A stretch of DNA of 33,450 nt, from the IMG/VR virus record IMGVR_UViG_3300046747_000461; one strand, 5' to 3'. The DNA comes from a virus. Shown here piece by piece: positions 18,267 through 24,622 of this stretch. Each line of letters begins with the position of its first letter. Position 1 is the stretch's first letter. The position numbers and the translations under genes were made by a program. The notes below the pieces were generated by a model. The model saw only the letters and a list, made by a program, of their open reading frames with translations. It was not told where the DNA came from and did no database searches.

Positions 18267-18749
18267 ATGATAGATCACACCCAATTAAGAGAGTTAGTTA
18301 TAATGCCTGCTTTGAAGGGCGTTAACCTCTATTCCCCAGAAGCAGAAGAAGTCCTAATAGCAATTGCTGCCCAAGAGGGCAATGACGGATATTATTTAAA
18401 ACAAACCATCGATAATGACTCAGCTTTAGGCATATTCCAAATGCGGCCTGAGACACATGAATATCTTTGGGATACGGTCTTCTTAGCCGACCATCATTTG
18501 GGCTTTAAAGCTATTACTAGCCTCAATTATACACTTCGTCCATCAGCGGAAGTTATGGTCTATAATTTGAGATATGCAGCCGTTATGGCACGTATTTTTT
18601 GGTTGCGCATTAAGGAGCCATTCCCAGCCATAGATGACTTGGAGGGTATCTGGAACCTTTATAAGCGCCATTGGACCACTTTGTCAGGGAAAGCCACTAA
18701 ACAGGAGTTTATGGCGAATTACAAACGTTATGTAAAGGGAGATATTTAG
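18267..18749 (+). CDS. Endolysin candidate (SLT-like lytic transglycosylase)
   Basis: 160 aa from ATG 18267, preceded by GGGGAGG. The ORF-track start at 18171 overlaps rusA. AAQEGNDGYY...ALGIFQM resembles the SLT E...GxxQ motif. Confidence 0.5.
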   Translation: MIDHTQLRELVIMPALKGVNLYSPEAEEVLIAIAAQEGNDGYYLKQTIDNDSALGIFQMRPETHEYLWDTVFLADHHLGFKAITSLNYTLRPSAEVMVYNLRYAAVMARIFWLRIKEPFPAIDDLEGIWNLYKRHWTTLSGKATKQEFMANYKRYVKGDI

Positions 18750-18750
18750 C

Positions 18751-18936
18751 ATGTACGGTTCACACAATTCATCAAAAGGTAGCTCTAAGAAAGTATCTGG
18801 AAAGAGCCATGGAATTGAAATGCATGAGGGTCATAAACACCATTCCGGTTCAAGAATGAGTAGATCTTTTACTCGCGTAGAACACGATCCTCTTCATTCT
18901 CATCATAAAGGCAAGCCCTCTGGTTGCATGGAATAA
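18751..18936 (+). CDS. His-rich 61-aa protein
   Basis: RBS GGGAGA. 10 His in 61 aa (HEGHKHH, HDPLHSHH). Shares GKSHG with the next ORF. Confidence 0.55.
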   Translation: MYGSHNSSKGSSKKVSGKSHGIEMHEGHKHHSGSRMSRSFTRVEHDPLHSHHKGKPSGCME

Positions 18937-18948
18937 GGAGCTTAAATC

Positions 18949-19125
18949 ATGTCTATGTATAAAAAACCTGGACACCAAGGCTATGAGGTTTATCACCCAG
19001 GCCCAGGCATTCCTACCATGGGATCTCCACAGCCAATGCACGATACCAATATGCGCATAGAATTACATATTGGGCATATGACTAAAGAAAAGACAGGCGG
19101 TAAGTCTCACGGAAAGAGATCTTAA
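18949..19125 (+). CDS. His/Pro/Gly-rich 58-aa protein
   Basis: Below the ORF-track cutoff. RBS AAGGAG 8 nt upstream. MSMYKKPGHQGYEVYHPGPG...TGGKSHGKRS. Confidence 0.5.
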   Translation: MSMYKKPGHQGYEVYHPGPGIPTMGSPQPMHDTNMRIELHIGHMTKEKTGGKSHGKRS

Positions 19126-19127
19126 TT

Positions 19128-19310
19128 ATGTCAATCATGAGCAAGTTATTGTGGGGGATGAAGTCTCCCTCCTTGATTCTGGTTCTGGGTCTTTGTGTTT
19201 TGATAGTCACGCTGAAAGTCATGGGACTAATAGGCGTGGCTCCAAAATCAATTGAACTGGCAGACGATATTATCAAGCCTGAAGCAGAGGAAAGAACTAC
19301 CCGAGAATAG
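19128..19310 (+). CDS. Small membrane protein (holin or spanin candidate)
   Basis: 60 aa, one TM helix (PSLILVLGLCVLIVTL) and a charged C-terminus. Last gene of the lysis cassette. Confidence 0.5.
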   Translation: MSIMSKLLWGMKSPSLILVLGLCVLIVTLKVMGLIGVAPKSIELADDIIKPEAEERTTRE

Positions 19311-19323
19311 GGTTAGTTTTTTT
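19297..19323 (+). terminator. Weak intrinsic terminator at the end of the late operon
   Basis: CTACCC-GAGAATA-GGGTTAG (one bulged T) followed by T7. Overlaps the stop codon of 19128..19310. Confidence 0.45.
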
Positions 19324-19712
19324 CAATGATGTTTATGTAATCGTTTAAACTCGAGGTTATTGCTCGATAATAATTTTTCAAAGTCTGCATGTATCTCGCT
19401 TGTAAATAATTTCTTTTTATTAAATGCCTGCAAAGCTTCTAAGCTCGCTGGTGATAATATTCCTTCTTTTTGATATGTTTTTAGCATATTTAAGATACCA
19501 CTTAAATATTTAAATAATCCTGGGCAATCGATTTCATTTTGCTTGGCAATACAATTTTCTAGATTAAGTATTAGAGAAGCTAAAAGGTCATCGTTCATCA
19601 TGCCATGCGCTTCTTTTTCTTTTTGTATTTTTATGTCGACCTTCATTTGATCTATTAATTTTTGTTGCTTAAAGCATAAGAGCATAAGTTCTGCGTCAGT
19701 TGGAGTTTTCAT
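19323..19712 (-). CDS. Hypothetical helical protein (accessory block)
   Basis: 129-aa ORF with no clear SD. An 11-nt direct repeat ATATAAACTAT occurs twice immediately upstream of, and overlapping, the ATG. Confidence 0.5.
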   Translation of the reverse strand: MKTPTDAELMLLCFKQQKLIDQMKVDIKIQKEKEAHGMMNDDLLASLILNLENCIAKQNEIDCPGLFKYLSGILNMLKTYQKEGILSPASLEALQAFNKKKLFTSEIHADFEKLLSSNNLEFKRLHKHH

Positions 19713-19749
19713 AGTTTATATGCTATATATAGTTTATATCCTATATTTA

Positions 19750-19774
19750 GGGGCCAAAAGAGGCCCCTTTTTTT
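19750..19774 (+). terminator. Strong intrinsic terminator (hairpin plus T7 on the + strand; hairpin shared with the convergent minus-strand gene)
   Basis: GGGGCC-AAAAGA-GGCCCC followed by TTTTTTT. Located 6 nt beyond the stop of the minus-strand OMP gene. Confidence 0.7.
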
Positions 19775-19780
19775 ATGACG

Positions 19781-20326
19781 TCACTCAAAGTAGTAGTATA
19801 ATCCAAGATTGTACATAAGAGCACAGCCCTGACGTATAGAATCTCTTCTAAACTTATTGTGCCAGACAGTTGAAGCTCTTACACCAAGCGTTGGAACCGG
19901 TCTAAACTCTATTCCGCCCATCACTCTGGGTAATACCTTTTGCACTTCTACAATAAACCCATTCTCAATAGTAGAAGTCATATGGCTTGCACCAATTCCG
20001 CCAATGAGGTTGACACTATCGATAATGGGACAAATGCCTAACAAGGAAGCGTGAAGGCCCTTAGAATCGATTCTATAACTGCCTCTTTGCTTTTTGTTGG
20101 TAAGATGTGCACCTATTTCTATTCCAACATTTTCGCCAACTAATACGCCAGTAGAAAACGTGAAGTGTGGTTGATGTCTTTTAGTGCCTAAATTTGCATT
20201 GGTTTTATGATCGTTAAATTTAAGGCTCTTTAAACCAGACTCTATTCCCATAAAGGGTTTTGGTTCTAGGCTTGCTATTTCCATAGTAGCAAAAGCCAAA
20301 GAAAATAAAATGATCTGCTTTAACAT
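19781..20326 (-). CDS. Outer-membrane beta-barrel protein (OmpX/Ail/Lom-like accessory gene)
   Basis: 181 aa. N-terminal signal-like MLKQIILFSLAFATMEIASL, alternating amphipathic beta-strand pattern, aromatic C-terminus LGLYYYFE. RBS GGAG. Confidence 0.65.
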   Translation of the reverse strand: MLKQIILFSLAFATMEIASLEPKPFMGIESGLKSLKFNDHKTNANLGTKRHQPHFTFSTGVLVGENVGIEIGAHLTNKKQRGSYRIDSKGLHASLLGICPIIDSVNLIGGIGASHMTSTIENGFIVEVQKVLPRVMGGIEFRPVPTLGVRASTVWHNKFRRDSIRQGCALMYNLGLYYYFE

Positions 20327-20394
20327 TTGAAATGCTCCAATTAGTTTCGTTATTCTAAGATTAGCCCATCTCTAATATTTATCAAGATATGGTT

Positions 20395-21096
20395 TTAGGT
20401 CAAACCTTCTTTTCTAGGGGTTCCACGAGGTGAATTGACAGGCGTAGGACCTGGTGTTGGCTCACCTACTTTTACATAATCTGAGGAATCGTCTGAACCG
20501 CTTTTTGGAGAAGAAGCAGCGGAAGCAGCGGAACCAGAATCGGAAAGTATTAATCCTAATGAGTCTTTATCATGCGATGGGGGTATCAATCCGCTAGGCG
20601 CATTTTCATTCATAGAAGAAGAATGGGCCGAAAGACTGCTTGTAGCTTCGAGTAATCTTTGTTTTAAATCTTCTACCTGAAATTGTAGTTGCAGGTTTTC
20701 TTGGGATAATTTTTCCTCCATGTCTTGTGAGCTTTGTTGTTGTTTTTGATTTTCTAATACTAGAGATAATTTGTTTTCAATGTTTTCTTTTGTCTCTGCC
20801 ATCTTAGCCATTTGAGCTACCCTATCTTCTTCTAATTTTTTTTGGTTTTGAAGCAAGATTGCATTTTGTTGTTGCAGGGCGACTATAGAATCTTTAAGCG
20901 CTTTGGTATCAGGACTAGGTTGCGTGATTGTTTTATAAACGGTGACAGTTTGTATTTGTGGCGCAGGAGGTGATGGAACGGGAGCAAGGGCAGGTGCAAG
21001 GTAGGCAACTGTCGATACCGGAGCTTGTAGTGCAGCCTTTTGTTGCGCTTCATATGCAAGTCCATCACTAATAGACTTAGCTTTGTATCTCCACAT
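20395..21096 (-). CDS. Coiled-coil protein with Pro-rich N-terminal region and Ser/Pro-rich disordered C-terminus
   Basis: 233 aa, RBS GGAGG. Contains APALAPVPSPPAPQ, a Gln/Glu/Leu heptad-like core, and SDSGSAASAASSPKSGSDDSSD...SPRGTPRK. Confidence 0.65.
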   Translation of the reverse strand: MWRYKAKSISDGLAYEAQQKAALQAPVSTVAYLAPALAPVPSPPAPQIQTVTVYKTITQPSPDTKALKDSIVALQQQNAILLQNQKKLEEDRVAQMAKMAETKENIENKLSLVLENQKQQQSSQDMEEKLSQENLQLQFQVEDLKQRLLEATSSLSAHSSSMNENAPSGLIPPSHDKDSLGLILSDSGSAASAASSPKSGSDDSSDYVKVGEPTPGPTPVNSPRGTPRKEGLT

Positions 21097-21245
21097 ATGC
21101 CGCCTCCAGCAGAAAGAAGTTATACGGGGACCCGACCATGGAAACCAAACAAGATCCCCGTTTAACCTATTGACAAGACAGGAACAAGAGAACTTTACAG
21201 TTAAGTTCTACTTTCAGGCTAGTAGCAGGTCTACTGCCTGTCAAG

Positions 21246-21983
21246 CTATTCCTTTTCTTGGGTGAATAGCTGATTTATTTCTAAATCATCTACCGCTCGT
21301 TTCTTGTCTATTTTCCTTTGTAGCATTCTCATCGCAATTGAGAAGTCAGAAAAGGTCATTGACTCAATCGACTCTATTTTGAAATGCTGACAGATATTTA
21401 TCTCTTCGGAATCAGCTTCTTTCATTTTATCCTTGATCATAACCAGGTCTTCTTCAGAAATTAAGGGCTCTACCTTGACAGCATCCTTGATGGTTTCGAT
21501 TTCACTTTCATCTAAGAAGCCTAATCCTGAGATGGACAAGGTGACGCGTCTCTTAGCTTTTGTTTCAGCTTTCATAAAAGCATTTGCTAAAGCATCTCCT
21601 TTCAATCCTGTTAAGTTAATTGCACCAAGAGATTCATCTGTTCTGCCTTCTTGGTCTCTTGCACTTGCAACTACAATATAAACATCACCAACCGTTTCTC
21701 TTGATTTTATCTCGATGCTAATGTTGTTGTTTTTCCTTAACTGTTCCGCTGCATCTTTCTTGGCATACAGAACTTCTTTACCGTTTAACCTGATGTACTC
21801 AAAAGGCTTGGTGAAAGGATTCAGACCAATGCTTTCACAAACCTTGTGGTAATACATCACTTTATCTTTAGATGACAGTCTCGATAAGTCGCCATGCAGT
21901 ACAACATCTTCTAATGATTTGTATGCTTCCATATCAAACGGAATGTTGGAGACATTGGTTCTTGAAATTATTTGTGTGCTCAT
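21246..21983 (-). CDS. recT: RecT/Redbeta-superfamily single-strand annealing protein
   Basis: 245 aa. CESIGLNPFTKPFEYIRLNGKEVLYAKKDA...MKAETKAKRRVTLSISGLG matches the conserved SSAP core as I recall it. Translationally coupled to the exonuclease gene. Confidence 0.75.
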   Translation of the reverse strand: MSTQIISRTNVSNIPFDMEAYKSLEDVVLHGDLSRLSSKDKVMYYHKVCESIGLNPFTKPFEYIRLNGKEVLYAKKDAAEQLRKNNNISIEIKSRETVGDVYIVVASARDQEGRTDESLGAINLTGLKGDALANAFMKAETKAKRRVTLSISGLGFLDESEIETIKDAVKVEPLISEEDLVMIKDKMKEADSEEINICQHFKIESIESMTFSDFSIAMRMLQRKIDKKRAVDDLEINQLFTQEKE

Positions 21984-22825
21984 TAAAATATCTCCTTTCT
22001 AACTGCCCAGGACGGAATTGTTGCTAATTGGAACTTCTCGTCATAACCTGGCCAGTGATTTGCTTTTAAACATTCTGAATAAGTGGCCGCGCCATCCTGA
22101 TATTCTTTTCTGCCCTGGTCTAAGGATGCTTGGTCCAAAGTAAAGCAAGCGGTCAAGTAGGGGGCTTTCTTCTCAACGACAAAGAAGGCAAAGAATCGCT
22201 GATGGTTATCACCTGGCTCATTGAATTGCCTTAAAGCATCAATCTGGAGAGCTGCTTGTCTGTGATAGCCATAGGCGTACATGGTTCTCTGGAACCCTGG
22301 AATGGAGTCCGTAGTCTTTACATCGATGATTAATTTGTCGTTGTAAATATCAGGGCGAGCTCTCAACCGAGTGTTGTAGATCCCAGCATCCCAATAAATA
22401 GAACGCTCAGCCTTTCCATCCTTGATGTGCTGCCATACTTGGTGAGTTCTGGCAGCTTCTGCCATTTCTTTGATGGTTTGCCATTCGCTGGCCCTAATAA
22501 CATATCGTCCGCCTGCGGCTTTATCTGCCTCGGCATATTTCTGTTTTCCAATAGTTGTTGTTAGGTTGACTTCTTCCGTCATAGGAAAGAAGTTCTGGTC
22601 AAACTTTTCAGGCTCTAATAGCAACATATGAAAAGCGCTACCAAGCTTAAACTTATCATTTTTCTTTCTGGCATCTCCGAGCTTAGCAATTGGATTAGCT
22701 ACGTTGTATTCGTGCCAATAACGTTTTGGACAATCTAAAATCAGGTTTATTCCGCTGCTACTGATACCTTCTTCATCATGATAGGTTTCGATATCAACGT
22801 TTTCATATATGCCTGTTGGTCTCAT
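21983..22825 (-). CDS. PD-(D/E)XK exonuclease (RecE/DUF3799-like), partner of the SSAP
   Basis: 280 aa from ATG 22825, with GAGGA 7 nt upstream. GSAFHMLLLEPEKF and RPDIYNDKLIIDVKTT (D...D-x-K). Confidence 0.7.
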   Translation of the reverse strand: MRPTGIYENVDIETYHDEEGISSSGINLILDCPKRYWHEYNVANPIAKLGDARKKNDKFKLGSAFHMLLLEPEKFDQNFFPMTEEVNLTTTIGKQKYAEADKAAGGRYVIRASEWQTIKEMAEAARTHQVWQHIKDGKAERSIYWDAGIYNTRLRARPDIYNDKLIIDVKTTDSIPGFQRTMYAYGYHRQAALQIDALRQFNEPGDNHQRFFAFFVVEKKAPYLTACFTLDQASLDQGRKEYQDGAATYSECLKANHWPGYDEKFQLATIPSWAVRKEIF

Positions 22826-22898
22826 GTTGCATCCTCTTCTTAAATGTGATAACATGCGCACAGTATGTACCGATTATGTCACGATGTCAAGGGGTCTT

Positions 22899-23075
22899 AT
22901 GAGAAAATTTAATGAACCAGTCGTCAAGTTAGACGAGGATATACACATCAAGTGTAGTGAATGGTTGAAAAGAAGCGTAAGAAGGTTAGCAAATAAAAAG
23001 GGGTTAACCGAAACCGCTCTAGTTAGAATGGTTCTGACAGAACTCGTGGAGAAAGAATCGAAAAAAGAAGACTAG
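22899..23075 (+). CDS. Ribbon-helix-helix (CopG/Arc-like) regulator candidate
   Basis: 58 aa from ATG 22899, preceded by AAGGGG. VKLDEDIHIKCSEWLKRSVRRLANKKGLTETALVRMVLTELV fits the strand-helix-helix pattern. Alternative start at 22884. Confidence 0.5.
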   Translation: MRKFNEPVVKLDEDIHIKCSEWLKRSVRRLANKKGLTETALVRMVLTELVEKESKKED

Positions 23076-23090
23076 GGCCTCTTGTAGGCC
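23076..23090. terminator. Hairpin between convergent genes (possible bidirectional terminator)
   Basis: GGCCT-CTTGT-AGGCC. On the minus strand it is followed by CTAGTCTTCTTTTTT. The + strand tail is A-rich. Confidence 0.3.
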
Positions 23091-23172
23091 ATAAAAAATG
23101 AGTGTTATAGTGTCGCCGTCTCGAGTTATCAACAGAAACCGGGGATAAAAAATACTTCGCTCGCCCGTACTA

Positions 23173-23397
23173 TCAGTTAGATAACTTTATATTATTTTGC
23201 TCAACTTCACCAAGACATCCTCGCAATACATAGATTCTGTGGTCATAAAACTGCGCTGTTTTCTTGGTGAGGTCCGGATCTACAATCCCCATTAGATAAG
23301 CATCGGCACTTACAAGCTCATAAGCTAAAAGAAGACGCTTAATACATTCGTAACAGAGACACTCTTTTTGTAAAGAAACCCTCTCAAAGGCATTCAC
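23173..23397 (-). CDS. Hypothetical early protein
   Basis: 74 aa. Start overlaps the stop of the upstream gene (coupled). Confidence 0.55.
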   Translation of the reverse strand: MNAFERVSLQKECLCYECIKRLLLAYELVSADAYLMGIVDPDLTKKTAQFYDHRIYVLRGCLGEVEQNNIKLSN

Positions 23398-23576
23398 CGG
23401 CTAACTACCCACATAATCGCTGGAATGAAGAGAAGAGCAGTGCACGTTATAACAACCGTTGCCATCACAATGAATCCTTTGTGGATCTCATCTCGGATGG
23501 CTCTTAGGTTTGTGTTATGCGTGGTATACATGCCCACCATATTATATTCATGAACTTTTTGAACTTCCTGTTCCAT
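23394..23576 (-). CDS. Small early membrane protein
   Basis: 60 aa, RBS GGGAGA, TM helix FIVMATVVITCTALLFIPAIMWVV. First gene of the leftward early operon. Confidence 0.6.
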   Translation of the reverse strand: MEQEVQKVHEYNMVGMYTTHNTNLRAIRDEIHKGFIVMATVVITCTALLFIPAIMWVVSR

Positions 23577-23607
23577 CTATTTTCTCCCTATTTTATCTCA
23601 ATGACTT

Positions 23608-23820
23608 CGATATCTTATTTACACGATATCTAGACGATATCTATAGGACTACTCTTCGACATGTCGACGAACGCTCTAAGATAACTCTACGAATCCTCTA
23701 TGATAATTCGACGATATCTCGACGATATCGCGATATCCTTTTTGATGATACTATGCGGCAATGAAAGAAGTAAATGAGCCCAATAACGTAGATATCCTGT
23801 TAGCCAAGATTGAGGATATC
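23608..23820. promoter_or_regulatory. Operator/iteron array: eight GATATC-core sites plus a central 12-bp palindrome in the divergent early control region
   Basis: GATATC at 23609, 23625, 23636, 23713, 23724, 23732, 23791 and 23815 (first base of each). Extended GACGATATC at four of them, one inverted. TCGACATGTCGA palindrome at 23656..23667. Confidence 0.7.
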
Positions 23821-24003
23821 GTCGTAAAAGTTGAGAAATTAAAGGAAATAAAACATTCAAAAGCAATAAAACCAAAAAAGATTGAAAGAGGTCCTTTGTT
23901 TGCTAGAGTACTAATAGATCTCCATGTTAAGCTATTATCTCATCTTGAAAAAGATAACATAAGTTATGTATCTTGGCTTGAGGAACAGATAAACAAACTT
24001 TAA
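23761..24003 (+). CDS. First rightward early gene; possible RHH/Cro-like regulator
   Basis: 80 aa. The C-terminal half PLFARVLIDLHVKLLSHLEKDNISYVSWLEEQI has a strand-helix-helix-like pattern. The last two GATATC sites lie in its 5' end. Confidence 0.5.
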   Translation: MKEVNEPNNVDILLAKIEDIVVKVEKLKEIKHSKAIKPKKIERGPLFARVLIDLHVKLLSHLEKDNISYVSWLEEQINKL

Positions 24004-24012
24004 GGATTAAAA

Positions 24013-24312
24013 ATGGAAAATGACGCACTAAAAACAGATAACCGCAAGGACGTTGAACATAAAAAATTTCCATGCGCTTTTTTTCAAGATAGTAATCTTT
24101 CTCCAGATGCTATCGCGCTTGGATCCTATATTCATAGTTTTAATGATGACTTTCACATTAACTCCCTCACTATAGCAAGACGCTTCCAATGGAGCGCACA
24201 AGATTGGAACATGGCATGTATACCTCTTATTGATGAGGGTTATATGAAGTTGTTTTGGGATAACGAAAAGAAAGAGTCATATTATAATTTTTCCATAACA
24301 AAAGATTTTTAA
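24013..24312 (+). CDS. Winged-helix-like DNA-binding protein (hypothetical)
   Basis: 99 aa, RBS AAGGA. LSPDAIALGSYIHSF...LTIARRFQWSAQDWNMACIPLIDEGYM resembles replisome-organiser/DnaD-type N-terminal wHTH domains. Confidence 0.45.
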   Translation: MENDALKTDNRKDVEHKKFPCAFFQDSNLSPDAIALGSYIHSFNDDFHINSLTIARRFQWSAQDWNMACIPLIDEGYMKLFWDNEKKESYYNFSITKDF

Positions 24313-24447
24313 TAATATAAAAATCAACCAGTAGTATATAAAAAATAATTGCACCACTACATGTTGTGGTTTCTTTTGTTTGCTGTACAAATTTTAACCA
24401 CTTTCAGACCAACAACTAAGTGGACGTTCACCTTTTTTTATTTTATA

Positions 24448-24480
24448 AATAAAAACCCCGCTCGTTTTAAGGGAGCGGGG
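24448..24480 (-). terminator. Intrinsic terminator oriented for the minus strand
   Basis: Minus strand: CCCCGCTC-CCTTAAAAC-GAGCGGGG followed by TTTTTATTTAT. The + strand tail (TAGTGTTTGG) is poor. Confidence 0.7.
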
Positions 24481-24560
24481 TAGTGTTTGGTCTTTACAGA
24501 CCGACAATTTTAACAAACAACTGTTACGACACAGTTATGACTCATAATGACTACTAAGAC
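24448..24560 (-). ncRNA. Predicted ~110-nt small RNA (candidate antisense regulator of the downstream initiator leader)
   Basis: Bounded by a minus-strand promoter (TTGACA-17 nt-CATAAT) and a minus-strand intrinsic terminator. Internal hairpins AACTGT/ACAGTT and GGTC/GACC. Only an 11-codon ORF without an RBS. Confidence 0.5.
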
Positions 24561-24566
24561 GCCGCC

Positions 24567-24595
24567 ATTATGAGTCTTCTAGGGATAACTGTCAA
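24567..24595 (-). promoter_or_regulatory. Near-consensus sigma70 promoter on the minus strand
   Basis: Minus strand: TTGACA (24595..24590), 17-nt spacer GTTATCCCTAGAAGACT, CATAAT (24572..24567). Confidence 0.6.
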
Positions 24596-24622
24596 GTAGC
24601 AGCAATCTTTAGGAGGCGAGAA

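Noticed and set aside
19128-19310. Lipoprotein (o-spanin-like) reading of the 60-aa membrane protein because of LVLGLC
   Set aside because: LGLC has Leu at the -1 position, which is not a canonical lipobox ([LVI][ASTVI][GAS]C). It is treated only as a generic TM protein and holin/spanin candidate.
21083-21265. 60-aa + strand ORF in the gap between two minus-strand genes, and 21433..21681 (+) inside recT
   Set aside because: No RBS, and opposite to the surrounding operon. The gap more plausibly holds a promoter or operator for the downstream minus-strand gene (7-bp inverted repeat AGAACTT/AAGTTCT at 21189..21209).
23608-23820. Possibility that the short repeat array is a CRISPR array
   Set aside because: The repeat cores are only 6-9 bp with irregular short spacing, and there are no spacer-sized unique segments. 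It sits in a divergent promoter region, so it is an operator or iteron array, not CRISPR.
23510-23875. ORFs 23510..23764 (+) and 23687..23875 (-) spanning the early control region
   Set aside because: Their reading frames consist largely of the GATATC repeat array and overlap better-supported genes. They are most likely non-coding regulatory DNA.
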